A stretch of DNA of 63,528 bases, counting the filler, from Octopus bimaculoides (Eukaryota): the NCBI RefSeq assembly GCF_001194135.2. It is 8 parts of 7 records of this genome, joined end to end, with 100 filler letters (N's around TTAATTAATTAA, not from the genome) between each part and the next. Parts side by side here need not be neighbours in the genome. Positions count along the whole stretch, not along the records: positions 18,999 to 24,936 come from NC_068987.1; positions 25,037 to 31,745 come from NC_068983.1; positions 31,846 to 38,410 come from NC_068986.1; 5 more parts are not named here. One strand, given 5' to 3'. A program made the translations under genes and the position numbers. Numbering within the stretch: the first letter of the stretch is position 1; each line of letters begins with the position of its first letter. Positions 23,871-37,673 of this stretch are shown in pieces. The notes under the pieces were generated by a model. It worked only from the letters and a program-made list of their open reading frames with translations. It was not told the DNA's origin and did no database searches.

Positions 23871-24262
23871 CCCTTTCACAACTATACGTGTAAAATATTA
23901 TGCATCTTGGTAATTCAGGTAAATGTAATATAATTTTTGTTTTGCAGTGAAAATGCAGTGAAAATGCTGTAAATGCAGTGAAATTTGCTTTGCTAAAGAA
24001 ATCCTAAAACTTTGAAACAGGTCTACAAACGTCTTCCCTAATTGCCAAAATGATAAAAATAACATTAATCATTGATCTAACAAGCAGAATGACCGTCCTA
24101 CGAGCGTTTTATGTTAGTTGCTAAATAATATTTACACCTTTGATTCCAAATTCATCTAATTTTTCGGATATATTTCGTCTAATTTTCATTTGTATCTGTT
24201 ATTTAGTCTAATAGAACTCATGCGTTTAGCAAATATTTTTTTCAATCATTTTACCGTAATTA

Positions 24263-24730
24263 AGGCGACAAGCTGGCAGAATCGTTAGCACGCCGGGCGA
24301 AATGTTTAGCAGTATTTCGTCTGCAGCTACGTTCTGAGTTCAAATTCCGCCGAGGTCGACTTTGCCTTTCATCCTTTCGGGGTCGATTAAATAAGTACCA
24401 GTTACGCACTGGGGTCGATCTAATCGACTTAATCCGCTTGTCTGTCCTTGTTTGTCCTTGTTTGTCCCCTCTGCATGTAGTCCCTTGTGGGCAATAAAGA
24501 AATAAGAAACATTAGCACGCTGGGCAAAAGGCTTAGTGGTATTTCATCTGTCTTTACGTTCTGAGTTCACATTCCGCTGAGGTCGACTTTGCCTTTCATC
24601 CTTTTGGAACTCGATAAAATAAACACCAGTTGCGCACTGAAGTCGATGTAATTGACCAGCCTCTACCCCTACCCCTACCCCTCCCCACAAAATTTCAGGC
24701 CTTGTACCTATAGTAGCAAGGATTATTTTG
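24263..24730 (+). mobile_element. Two tandem SINE family B copies
   Basis: AGGCG..AGCTGGCAGAATCGTTAGCACGCCGGGCGAAATG...GTTCTGAGTTCAAATTCCGCCGAGGTCGAC, with the body repeated from about 24510. Confidence 0.8.
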
Positions 24731-25098
24731 TCTCAATCTCTCTCTTTTAAATAAACTCGAAGGTAATCCATCCTCTACTTGGACATTTATTATGCTAGAA
24801 ATATCAGGGATCACGATGGTTTATTCTAAAGCCTATTGAATGCCAAACAACCATACTAACAAATTTAATTCTCATACAATTTTTTCTCTTTTTCGCAAAG
24901 CAGGCGGGTAATAGTGCAAAATATCATTTTACTAAANNNNNNNNNNNNNNNNNNNNNNNNNNNNNNNNNNNNNNNNNNNNTTAATTAATTAANNNNNNNN
25001 NNNNNNNNNNNNNNNNNNNNNNNNNNNNNNNNNNNNAATGTGAGCATCTGTGTGAGTGCGTCTATGAATGCATTTGCATTTGTGTGTGTGTGTGTGTG

Positions 25099-25130
<32 letters not shown>

Positions 25131-26842
25131 CGTGTGTGTGCGTGTGTGTGCCTATGCATGTATTGTTTTTGTATGTGTGCGCTTGTAAGTATTGTGTGCT
25201 CTTGTCAAACGATACTCACATAGTATCATGCATAGTATTACGTATGCGTGAGGGTGTGTGTATCTGTACGCGGGAGTGAGTGTGAGGTGAGAAGGATCGA
25301 TACTGTGTGCGCGGTTGAGTGTGTGTGTGTGTATATGTGTACTTACACGCCCATAGAAGTACCTATAAATATGTATATGCAAGTACGTATGAATATCTGG
25401 GCAACGTGAAACGAAATGTTTTGCTCAAGAACACAAGATTTCGCCCTGTTGAGAAATCGAAACTACCATCTTACGAACATGAGCGCAGCACCCTAAGGTT
25501 TATGCCACGCTTCTCCAGAAGTGTGTGTGTGTGTGTGCGCGCGTGCATGTTCGTGTGTGTAAGTGTGTCTATCTATCTATCTATCTATCTNNNNNNNNNN
25601 NNNNNNNNNNNNNNNNNNNNNNNNNNNNNNNNNNNNNNNNNNNNNNNNNNNNNNNNNNNNNNNNNNNNNNNNNNNNNNNNNNNNNNNNNNNNNNNNNNNN
25701 NNNNNNNNNNNNNNNNNNNNNNNNNNNNNNNNNNNNNNNNNNNNNNNNNNNNNNNNNNNNNNNNNNNNNNNNNNNNNNNNNNNNNNNNNNNNNNNNNNNN
25801 NNNNNNNNNNNNNNNNNNNNNNNNNNNNNNNNNNNNNNNNNNNNNNNNNNNNNNNNNNNNNNNNNNNNNNNNNNNNNNNNNNNNNNNNNNNNNNNNNNNN
25901 NNNNNNNNNNNNNNNNNNNNNNNNNNNNNNNNNNNNNNNNNNNNNNNNNNNNNNNNNNNNNNNNNNNNNNNNNNNNNNNNNNNNNNNNNNNNNNNNNNNN
26001 NNNNNNNNNNNNNNNNNNNNNNNNNNNNNNNNNNNNNNNNNNNNNNNNNNNNNNNNNNNNNNNNNNNNNNNNNNNNNNNNNNNNNNNNNNNNNNNNNNNN
26101 NNNNNNNNNNNNNNNNNNNNNNNNNNNNNNNNNNNNNNNNNNNNNNNNNNNNNNNNNNNNNNNNNNNNNNNNNNNNNNNNNNNNNNNNNNNNNNNNNNNN
26201 NNNNNNNNNNNNNNNNNNNNNNNNNNNNNNNNNNNNNNNNNNNNNNNNNNNNNNNNNNNNNNNNNNNNNNNNNNNNNNNNNNNNNNNNNNNNNNNNNNNN
26301 NNNNNNNNNNNNNNNNNNNNNNNNNNNNNNNNNNNNNNNNNNNNNNNNNNNNNNNNNNNNNNNNNNNNNNNNNNNNNNNNNNNNNNNNNNNNNNNNNNNN
26401 NNNNNNNNNNNNNNNNNNNNNNNNNNNNNNNNNNNNNNNNNNNNNNNNNNNNNNNNNNNNNNNNNNNNNATATATATATATATATATATATATATAGATA
26501 GATATAGATATATCGTGGAATTTCTGGAGTTATTTATACAATGTATATATACGTAACTATGAAAGGTTTCTGCAAAAGCTTGGATAAAAAAAAAGTACAC
26601 TGAATACCTTTAAGGAGTGCATTTATTTATTTATTTATTTATTTATTTATTAGTCTTGACAGTGTTTCGCTAGTGATTGGTCAGTGATCAGTAAATAGTC
26701 CCCACGTCAATAACACTTAAAGATTTTTTTAAATTAATTCATATATAATCCGAATATTATCGATTAATTTGAAATCACTCAAGTGAACACTACCATAATG
26801 AAAAGCATAGCTATGAATTCTCTTTTAATTGTTGTTTTTAAG

Positions 26843-27027
26843 TGAAAAACAACGCGGAAACGGTGAGTCTCCTTTCCATGTGATTTCCAGGAAATATTTT
26901 TGATATTACACCTCATGTTAACTATTTACCATTAAACCAACTGTCACAGTGAAAATCCAGTGTATATTTGTTTATCTGCTTTGTGCAGAATCGGTGATGC
27001 ATATACAAATGATGGATCTCTCCTTTT
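26843..27027 (+). other. Two candidate micro-exons (26843-26862 and 26989-27027)
   Basis: TTTTTAAG|...|GTGAGT and TTTGTGCAG|...|GTAAGA consensus sites around a 126-nt intron. They join in frame as EKQRGNESVMHIQMMDLSF, with no recognised homology. Confidence 0.3.
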
Positions 27028-28347
27028 GTAAGAAATCACAGCTATAAACTAGAGTCACTATGAAACAATGAAATTGTACATCTCTTTTTCGTGTAAGTGG
27101 GTGTTTTTTATGGATTGTTTCCTTGGAGTTTTTTTTTTATAAATATATGACATATTTATCTCAATGTTTACGAGCTTCTGCTTCTTCTTGTGTTTGAAAG
27201 ATATTTTGTTGTTCCCATTTTTTGCTTCGTCTTTGATTTTTTTTTTTTTTCCTGTTTCTCTTTTTGTTTTTTCATGAGAAAACTGAAAGAAGATGTTTAG
27301 AAGAAAGTAAAAATTATTGCCTTTCAAATAATGTTATCTATAATTGACAGATTTTTTTCCGCACTGCTGATAATATTCTTCAGAGAAAATAAAACATAGC
27401 ATATCGCATACTGGTAAAATGTTAGAAATTTGTAAGGTAGCAGTCGACGTGAGTGGTTTGGCTTGGGATGGCGAATCCGTTGCACATTGGTTTCCGCATG
27501 ATCTCATTAATGATATATCTCGGTCTAATTGCAAGAAGTCCATGATGGTTGACGGGTAATAAATTTTGAAGGTGTGTGACCCACTACCACAGGAAGTTAG
27601 ATTTCACTGTAACCGTGGTGTGAAATGCAGAAAAGCTTATCAAAAATGGTCAAATATGCAGCCTTGAATATTCGAAAAGAAGAAAAGACTTAAATACTCT
27701 TTTACAGGTTAACTATACAGACTATAATCACATCTACTTTCATGACTGATACTTACTTTATCCACTTCAAAACAATAAGCAGTCGACAAGCATTAGAATT
27801 GGATCTCTTAGCGCAGAGGGACAGATTAAATTTTAAATATTTTGCAGAAACTCTATTGTATCTTCTTTTGCTTCACCTTCTGAGCTATGATAAATTTTCA
27901 AGTGTTTCAATGTATATCATGTATTTCATATCGTACTGTATGTATGTGTGAGTAGGTGTGTATGAATGCATGCGTACTTGTTGGAAGTGCCAATAAAAAA
28001 AAACGATTGAAAGTTGGAGAGACTCAACAAATCTTCCTCAGCTCACGCCATAAACAATAGACATTGTAATATCAATGGGATTTCAGTTGATCTATATCCA
28101 TATGGAAGTTTTATGAAATATGGAGGATGTATGAGATATAATATCTTCTTTTATATTCGCAAATGAACACTCAGACTGTCTAATTGTATCAGTACTAATT
28201 AATATCACTGAAATGAAAAGTTTGGGGAAGGGAGCCGAAAACATTGAAACCATATTAACGTGGGCAGTCAAGAACCTGGCAGTATATTGCGTGTGTATTT
28301 GTATGCGGCTAGAGTGTGTGTGTGTGCACACGTAAACACACGTGCGG

Positions 28348-28414
<67 letters not shown>

Positions 28415-28436
28415 CACATTATATATATATATATAC

Positions 28437-28469
<33 letters not shown>

Positions 28470-29313
28470 AAGTATAAGAGAGAGAAAGTATAAATACAAG
28501 GCCTGATATTAATTTTATCGGCTGTGAAGGAATAGAAAGTAATAGTGTTGGGATAGGAGCTCGTAGCTTATAGAGACGTTACCCAAAGGTATTCAGTCTC
28601 TCACCGTTTCCTCCATGTCAATTCACAGCTCTCATACACATAGTGACTTCCAGCTCCTCAAATATTTTAAAGTGATTATGGCCCATTATATCGATTCAAG
28701 TATGCCGCTATATGACCAGTGTTTTAGGAGTCAGTAGTGTAAAGAGAAAAGTTACATCCTGCAGGATTTTAACTCAGAAAAGCACCAGTTGCGTACTGGG
28801 GTGGATCTAATAGACTGGTCCCCTCCCCCAAAGTTTCGAGCCTCGTGCCTAGAGTTGAAAAGAATATCGAAAGGCATTTTTGCTGACAGACAGCCAGTTT
28901 CACCAACATACGGTCCGTATAAATATGATAATACTGATTTCATACTTATGTCTATAGTCAGAAGCGCTATCTCATAAGGAACTGAAACCGTTTCGCAAAC
29001 TATTGTTTCCAAAATAGTAGGATTTGCTTTAAGTAGTTTATTATTTCTGTCATGCACATGAAAGTTTCAGATTTCTTAGATTTCTTGCAAAGAATAAAAG
29101 ATTGTTGCGAGGCTTATTGCTTTTCCTACGTATCCACTTTGGTTTGATAGTTGTATATTTGGTTGAAATATACATGTACTTTGGACCAAATATACAAGTA
29201 CCTCGGATGTAGAAGGCTTTCAGCTCAGCATTACAAGATTACCAAACAACTTTTAAGGTGAGCGGTGTGTGAGAAATGGATTAAATTATTAGCTGTCTTC
29301 AGTTTAGTTTAGT

Positions 29314-29471
29314 GGAGGCGCAATGCCCATTGGTTAGGGCAGCGAGAACTACGTTAAGGGTACATGTGTCTGTGGAATGCTCAGCCACTTGCACGTTAAT
29401 TTCACGAGCAGGCTGTTCCGTTGATCGGATCAACTGGAATCCTCAACGACGTAAGCGACGGAGTGCCAACA
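29314..29471 (+). mobile_element. SINE family A with about 230-bp internal deletion
   Basis: Head GGAGGCGCAATG..GGTTAGGGCAGC is fused directly to GAGAACTACGTTAAGG of the 3' body. Confidence 0.8.
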
Positions 29472-30004
29472 GTTTAATTTAATTTCTCAACATTAAATAT
29501 TCAGGTCAACTTTAGTGTTAATAAGTAATAACAAGGCATGTAGACAAATTGATTTTTTTTTTCCGACTATAAATTCCCACTTAATTTACCAACAAATTTG
29601 CTTTCTTTTGTTAATTTTTCTGTGTCCTTTTATATCTTTTTTTCTTAGCCGTTACCTTTTCGTTTATATCATATAGGTCTGTCTTGGTACACTTTAAATG
29701 AACTTGATCTGACACTCAAATTGTATTTCACATTGTTTAATCTATAAAATCAGAATACAGCAGCTGGTCTGGTATTGAAATAAATTAAGTGAAAACCTAC
29801 GCAAGAAATTTAGATTACCCACTCAGTAAAACTATATTGCATTCTACTACTTTACTTGACATAGAGTCGTCTAATTTTAACACTTGTTGATGCAGAGATA
29901 GCTACTATTTAGGGACTATTACTTTCGGCATCCACTGACCTCAATATAATTTTAATAAATTTCTGCTATTATGCAAAACCAGAGGACTAACACTTTACTC
30001 CCTT

Positions 30005-30420
30005 TTACTCTTTTACTTGTTTCAGTCATTTGACTGTGGCCATGCTGGAGCACCGCCTTTTAGTCGAGTTAATCGACCCCAGGACTTATTCTTTGGAAGC
30101 CTAGTACTTATTCTATCGGTCTCTTTTTGCCGAATCGCTAAGTTACGGGGACGTAAACATACCAGCATCGGTTGTCAAGCGATGTTAGGGGGACAAACAG
30201 AGACACACAAACATATACACACACACATACATACATATATATATACATATATACGACAGGCTTCTTTCAGTTTCCGTCTACCAAATCCACTCACAAGGCT
30301 TTGGTCGACCCGAGGCTATAGTAGAAGACACTTGCCCAAGGTGCCACGCAGTGGGACTGAACCCGGAACCATGTGGTTGGTAAGAAAGCTACTTACCACA
30401 CAGTCACTCCTACGCCTATT
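30005..30420 (-). mobile_element. Full-length SINE family C
   Basis: Head, internal (TA/CA) microsatellite and (AAAAGAGT)n tail are all present. Confidence 0.88.
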
Positions 30421-30425
30421 TTATT

Positions 30426-30465
<40 letters not shown>

Positions 30466-30519
30466 AACTGTTTAAAAGCAAATCTGAAATTGTCTACGAA
30501 ATTAGAATCGTTAATGAAG

Positions 30520-30735
30520 ATAATCCTTTCTTCTACAGGTAAAAGATCTGAAATTCTGGGGAGGTAGCTGGTCCCTTACATCGACTCCAGTACTCGACTG
30601 GTACTTATTTTATAGACTCTGAAAGAATGAAAGGCAAAGTTGGCCTCGGCGGAATTATGAACTCAGAACGTAAAGACGGACGATATACTGCTAGGCATTT
30701 TGCCCGGAGCGGTAACGATTCTGCGAGATACCGCC
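30520..30735 (-). mobile_element. SINE family B copy
   Basis: Reverse-complement homology to 24263-24510. Confidence 0.7.
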
Positions 30736-31845
30736 TTCGTAAGTTAAAATAACGCCAACTGATAATCCAAACTGGGTCTCCTCCTTGTTTGTCACTCAGT
30801 TAACAGGAATTTTTGTTGGCTTTAAACTGGACCACAGATTAACACATGAGGAGAAATTGAACGTTATAACACATTTGTCGTTTTAGAAATGCAAAACGGG
30901 AAAACAAAAATCGAAAATGATTTGCCCGTGACATGCTTCCAGCTCTCTAACGCACAATCTGTTATAAAAGTAATCGATACTTAGGTATAAGAACACTGGT
31001 TTACAGTGATTTTAGGGTAACGGAGTAGTTGATATTATTAAATTCAGTATTTTAGTCTTCATATTAGAATCTCTGGGAGGACGAAATAGGAAGTCAACAT
31101 GAACGAGATCCTAACCCCAAAATTAAAGGATAGGGTAACAAAGGCTACTTTGTACAGAGCTCTTCCAAATCTGCCATATATATAATTTAGTAATTTATAA
31201 TATTACAAGGACGTAAAATATATTTCAAGAGGAAGATCAGCTGCTTTGATCTGATTATTATAAATTAACATTATGAAATACGAATTGAGATTCAGATTTC
31301 AAGCTTTCATTCATAGCATACCCACATTGACATTGAAAGTAATACATCCTAATATACTTGCATGCAGACATACATGGACAACTAAAACAATTAGTGAAAG
31401 CATCGTACAGGTTAATAAGCCATAATCATGCTTTGATGATGGCTGGCTCTCCCTCCTTCTCTCTCTCTCTTTCTCTCTCGCTTTCTCGCTCTCTCTCTCT
31501 CGCTCTCTCTCGCTATCTCTCTTTCTCTTTCTCTGTCGCTGTATACAGTCAGACAAACTCACTGACAGACAGATAGACAGACAGACAGATAGACAGACAG
31601 ACAAATAGACAGACAAATAGATAGATAGATAGGTTTCTTTATTAGCCACACAGGGCTCAACACAGAGGGGACAAAATACAAATGTAGAGTTTTTCTTTTC
31701 GAGGGGGTCGAAAACAAAGCAGAAAAAAAAACAAAAGTGGGGACANNNNNNNNNNNNNNNNNNNNNNNNNNNNNNNNNNNNNNNNNNNNTTAATTAATTA
31801 ANNNNNNNNNNNNNNNNNNNNNNNNNNNNNNNNNNNNNNNNNNNN

Positions 31846-31895
<50 letters not shown>

Positions 31896-32313
31896 GCATA
31901 CATACGTAGATATATACATACTCATATAAATACAGGAATAGAAGCATACATCGATATGTACGTTTGCTTGTGTCTGCCTGTGTGTACCTTAGTTCATGTT
32001 TGTGTCTATGCTCTTGTGTATATTCCACAGTTCTGCCAGTTATATATGTAAACTGGTGTTGTGGCAAAATAATAATTTAATCAATAGACAATTTATAGAC
32101 CGTCAAAATATGTAACGAGCAGGGAAATGTAGCAGAGTTCACGAGAACAACTTGGAGAAAAATAAACCATTTCTCCAGCTTCGGGGTACTACATGCAAAT
32201 CTAGTAAATCTGAAACGAAATAATACACTCAGACATTCATGCTACATACATAACTACACTAGCACACACACACACACACACACACACATATGCATGCGTG
32301 AGAGTGAGACTGC

Positions 32314-32362
<49 letters not shown>

Positions 32363-33615
32363 GCATGTATATATTATATATATTATATATAATCCTGCAT
32401 CTATCTACCTATCTATCTATCTAACTATCTATCTATCTGTCTATANNNNNNNNNNNNNNNNNNNNNNNNNNNNNNNNNNNNNNNNNNNNNNNNNNNNNNN
32501 NNNNNNNNNNNNNNNNNNNNNNNNNNNNNNNNNNNNNNNNNNNNNNNNNNNNNNNNNNNNNNNNNNNNNNNNNNNNNNNNNNNNNNNNNNNNNNNNNNNN
32601 NNNNNNNNNNNNNNNNNNNNNNNNNNNNNNNNNNNNNNNNNNNNNNNNNNNNNNNNNNNNNNNNNNNNNNNNNNNNNNNNNNNNNNNNNNNNNNNNNNNN
32701 NNNNNNNNNNNNNNNNNNNNNNNNNNNNNNNNNNNNNNNNNNNNNNNNNNNNNNNNNNNNNNNNNNNNNNNNNNNNNNNNNNNNNNNNNNNNNNNNNNNN
32801 NNNNNNNNNNNNNNNNNNNNNNNNNNNNNNNNNNNNNNNNNNNNNNNNNNNNNNNNNNNNNNNNNNNNNNNNNNNNNNNNNNNNNNNNNNNNNNNNNNNN
32901 NNNNNNNNNNNNNNNNNNNNNNNNNNNNNNNNNNNNNNNNNNNNNNNNNNNNNNNNNNNNNNNNNNNNNNNNNNNNNNNNNNNNNNNNNNNNNNNNNNNN
33001 NNNNNNNNNNNNNNNNNNNNNNNNNNNNNNNNNNNNNNNNNNNNNNNNNNNNNNNNNNNNNNNNNNTATATATACGCATACATATTTCAAAGAGACGGTT
33101 TCAGGAGATGCGTTCGTTGTGAAATACATGAGTCGAAAATGCTCGTTTTGTTCTTAGGTTCGATCTTGAGAGAGTTCCTTGCAGATGTACTAGAGGCTGA
33201 TCCCACACAGTTTAACAACAGGCTGCATGAATGTTGAAACCAATGCGAGCGTAAAAATCATTAATAATTGATATATTTGTGGCTGTTTTCAGCTGCCGGT
33301 ATATATATAAGTATAGCACAGCTCAATGTTATCAAATAGAGAAAATAGGAAGAGCCATCCCCACCGCTCCATTCTCGCTCATATAGTATAGCAGGCCAGA
33401 GCTACATCAATAACAAGCAATGATAAACACATCAACTACAGTAACAGCAACATCAACAACATTAAGATCGTCATTTACATCAACAACAAAACTGCAGTAG
33501 TAACATCGGTTTTTCTATTGGTGGGTGTGGCCGATCGGAAATGACTGACAACATAACTCTTCTTGGCAGCGAATTCCACTCGCGTCGATAGCAAATATAT
33601 TCACATCGATATTGT

Positions 33616-33692
<77 letters not shown>

Positions 33693-34200
33693 ACATACAT
33701 ACACACACACACACGTTTGCGTGTCTCTACAATACGTAAGTATACATATATATATATATGTGTGTGTTTGTTTGTTTATATATATATATATACATATACA
33801 CACACACACATATATACACACATTAATAAATTTTGCTTTTATGGTTCTTTTACGTGTGCTAGCCACGGATATTATTGTAAATTATTAACAATATTATCCT
33901 TATATAATTTTACGTATGTATGCGTGTATGTATGCATGTATGTATGTATGAATGTATAGTGGAGGTGCGTGGCTTAGAGGTTAGTGTGTAGCACTCCTGA
34001 CTGTAAGGTTGTGGTTTCGATTCTAGATAGGGCGATGCGTTTCTCCACTCTACTCATCTGGTAAATATTTAGTAATCTTGCAACAGACCAGCCTCCAGCC
34101 CAGTATTATGGCATGCATAAACCATAAAATCCGTGAAACTGGACTTATGGGTCTACGCCTCGGGTACGATCTTTGATCCTATTGTTTATGTGAGTGTATG

Positions 34201-34281
<81 letters not shown>

Positions 34282-34603
34282 CCTTTCAGTCAGGAGTGTT
34301 ACATACTAAACTCTAAGCCACGCACNNNNNNNNNNNNNNNNNNNNNNNNNNNNNNNNNNNNNNNNNNNNNNNNNNNNNNNNNNNNNNNNNNNNNNNNNNN
34401 NNNNNNNNNNNNNNNNNNNNNNNNNNNNNNNNNNNNNNNNNNNNNNNNNNNNNNNNNNNNNNNNNNNNNNNNNNNNNNNNNNNNNNNNNNNNNNNNNNNN
34501 NNNNNNNNNNNNNNNNNNNNNNNNNNNNNNNNNNNNTATATATACATATACGTGTGTGTATATATATATGTGTGTGTGTGCATATTTTATATCTATCTAT
34601 CTA

Positions 34604-34638
<35 letters not shown>

Positions 34639-35054
34639 AAATAGTAAATGAGTATATGCATATATACGTACAGGTATGTGCATACCGACATCCACCTGTA
34701 TGTATAAGTGCATATCTGGGTACAGGACATTGCAAACAAAACGTAGACGAGAAAACACACAAGCCACATAGAGAACATTCTCCTTCATCAGCTACCCCCG
34801 TTTTAACACCGGCGTTTCGAAGAGCTGATGCATATACCCAAGGGGGATTATACCAGTTTACCTTCATCTCTTTTGTTTTATAATGTGTGGAGGATATTCA
34901 TTATATAACAGTTACTCGCTAAAGCCACTTTGTGCTACTACGTCGTTATGATAGGGGGCAGCCCCATTGAAAATATTTCTCTCAGTGGAAAATAATTCGG
35001 GATCTCTTTCTTCTCCAACTTCCAGATACTTAATTGTGGTCGGAATTTTGTTAG

Positions 35055-35215
35055 AATTTTTGTTGGTTTTTCCTGCGAGTATTATCTCCCCGAGGCTAAA
35101 TCTAGATTTATGTCTAGAAAGATAGAGAGCATTATTAGGTTTGAGCTTATGGTGATATTTAAATCGTATTTCTCGAATATTTTATCGAATTTCATGAATT
35201 TCTCAAATCAGGTCC
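35055..35215 (-). pseudogene. Naiad-like PLE RT palm/thumb remnant
   Basis: KFDKIFEKYDLNITISSNLIMLSIFLDINLDLASGR*YSQEKP matches KIF...L.IT...NL....FLD..LDL..G.Y.PY.KP. Confidence 0.7.
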
Positions 35216-35591
35216 TTTCTTATTCTACGAATGATAGGTGATTGTTCATGTTATTCAAAACTCCTAAACAGATAGTGCAGAGCTGTAGAGATCGTAGGTT
35301 CTTGATTTTATCTGGCAACTACAGCTCTATAGTATTGTTTCCTTCATCTGAATCATAACTCTACATGGAGACCTGAAAGATAGGACCACATTTGTTTTTG
35401 ATCCAATAGAAATAGTCACAATAAAAGGGCAAATTCCTAGCGTTCATGTCAAGATTGATAATAACGGTGAACACTATCCTGGAATTTTAGTGTCTCCAAA
35501 TTTTCCGTAAAAAGACAAAAAAAAAAACAGAGATGTGGGTCATGATGTACAGACAAATTCTGCTTTGAAACCAATTCCTATACAGATATGA

Positions 35592-35860
35592 GCAGAAAAT
35601 TTGATATATTGCATAACCTGTCCAAGCTGTAAGGAAAATTATATCGATTAGATCGGAGAATCTTTATGAGAACGAATCAGAATACACAAGCAACAAAAAA
35701 GAATAACCAGAACTAAAGACAATATTTATGAGGGAACATTTAGTAATTTGTAGAAATTTCAAGTTCAGGATAATTATTTTGTTGAATGCTCAAGGAACAA
35801 TCGCCAATACTGGAACGAAATGGAGAAATATTTTATAAACAAAGTTTCTCCGTAAGTAGA
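35592..35860 (+). pseudogene. Neptune-like PLE GIY-YIG remnant
   Basis: AENLIYCITCPSCKENYID*IGESL*ERIRIHKQQ is homologous to SENLIYAITCLG..YIGQTG of the element at 6188-9739. Confidence 0.8.
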
Positions 35861-35998
35861 AGCATAAACAACTCCGCTTAAAGGAGGAGATACATGTAAA
35901 AAAATATTATTTTATTGATATAAATTAGGTGGGGGCGGTATAATGTTATGACAATTTCTAGAACGAATGAGTATGCAAGAGGGTTCTGACGGAACTTA

Positions 35999-36036
<38 letters not shown>

Positions 36037-36168
36037 CTCAGGGTTACCTATTCCAAGTGCGGCGTAGATATAACAAGAACACAAATGACAAATGACTTAT
36101 TTAATATGCTATGTGTTAGATATGTCATCATCAAGGCTTTACGTAGCCTGGTTATACTTGTTTAAAAT

Positions 36169-36249
36169 TTTACCTGAAGATGGAGGATTTATGCTATGAT
36201 GTAATCTATGATTAGATCAATAAAATTCTACTGAAACAGCTGTCGTAAA
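36169..36249 (+). ncRNA. Type-I hammerhead motif downstream of the GIY-YIG remnant
   Basis: TTTAC-CTGAAGA-helix II-GAAA-CAGCTG-TC-GTAAA. Helix I is 5 bp, helix III is the palindrome ACAGCTGT, and the triplet is GUC with predicted cut after 36244. Confidence 0.75.
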
Positions 36250-36879
36250 TATTAAACCTCCTGTGTTCTTCTTTATACATACATACATACATACATATAT
36301 GCATGGAAACTCTAAGGAATGATGTTGTCTAGTCTTAAGGACCAACATTATCAAAGATTTAACGTAAGGATCAGATGTAGGAAGCAAACTTGGGTGTGCG
36401 TGCGTGCGCGCGCGCGTGTGTGTGCGTGTGTTTGCGTGTGTGTGTGAAATAATTAAGATGGCAAGACGCAACTCAAATCCGGAAAGGAAATAATTCACGC
36501 CAACTAAAATGCGTCGAAGGGTGCCGGAAGCACCAGCATTGCTAGAAATAAGAGGTAAAGAACTCTTTAGCCACAAAAGCACATTTTCTATTTACTGACA
36601 GGGGAGATAATCTCCTTCGGTAAAATCTATATATACTGACGGGGCAGAATTGAGCTTCATCACTCGCAATGGAGGAAGCACTACTGATGAGTATTACATT
36701 TCATGCTAAATTGGCATGGTAATCTAATGCCACTTAATTGTGTTGGAGAGGTTGTCTCCTCCCCGGTCAGTCGATAGCTTTTGTGGCTACAGCGTTCTTT
36801 GACTCTTGTTTCTAGCAATTCTGTTGCTCCTTACACCTTGCTTCATATTTTAGTTGCACAAGATCTCCTGGATTGTGTC

Positions 36880-36986
36880 GAGAACGAAGAAAACTTTTTG
36901 AAAACTTTGCGTAAGGCCTCTGAGCAGGTATCACCAAACTTTTGGCAAATTTTGATGCAAATTCTCTGATCGTCTTTCTCTGTCAT
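36880..36986 (-). pseudogene. Mariner transposase N-terminal remnant
   Basis: MTEKDDQRICIKICQKFGDTCSEALRKVF resembles the mariner EQRxCIKFCxKLGxxxxET start. Confidence 0.55.
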
Positions 36987-37403
36987 GGGCAATGCGACGA
37001 TCACGTGCTACACACTTTCCTCCCAAGCACAGCGGTAAACAGTGTAAATAAGCTAGACCATTAAAACTTAGTGCGCATGCACAGCAGAGTTCAAGATCAA
37101 TCTTTGCCAAGCGGCTTCACTCTGCATGCTTTAGCTTCGTTATTATGGCAAAAGTCCGGATACTTATTGATCAGACCTCGTATATATGTATGTGCATTTA
37201 TATATATAGGTACATATACATAGCGGCACCACCTTCACCTGAGTGATTATTCTGACGGTCTGTTTTGCAGACCCGCTGTGTTACAGGGACGGAAAGACAC
37301 CAGCATCGGTTGTCAAGCGATGGAGGGAGGACAAGCACACACACACATACCCCCCAACACACATATATACATATAAACATGTGTATGTCTGTAGTGTGTG
37401 TGT

Positions 37404-37474
<71 letters not shown>

Positions 37475-37570
37475 GGGATAAAATCCAAAATTACAGGTAA
37501 AAACTCAATTAAAATCAATTTATTAAAAATTAAAATTAAATTAAGTTTCACAGTATAAAATATGTATAAA

Positions 37571-37673
37571 TATATAGTTTTAGGGAAAAGAACCAAGATT
37601 CATGAACTCATCGATGAAAATCCATTTCATCGATGAGTTCATGAACCTTGGTTCTTTTCCCTAAAACTATATA
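37571..37673. repeat. Near-perfect 49-bp-arm hairpin with 5-nt loop
   Basis: 37571-37619 vs 37625-37673: one mismatch, loop ATCCA. Confidence 0.92.

Noticed and set aside
20056-34644. Long ORFs rich in X, CV, HT or YI
   Set aside because: Translations of N gaps and dinucleotide microsatellites.
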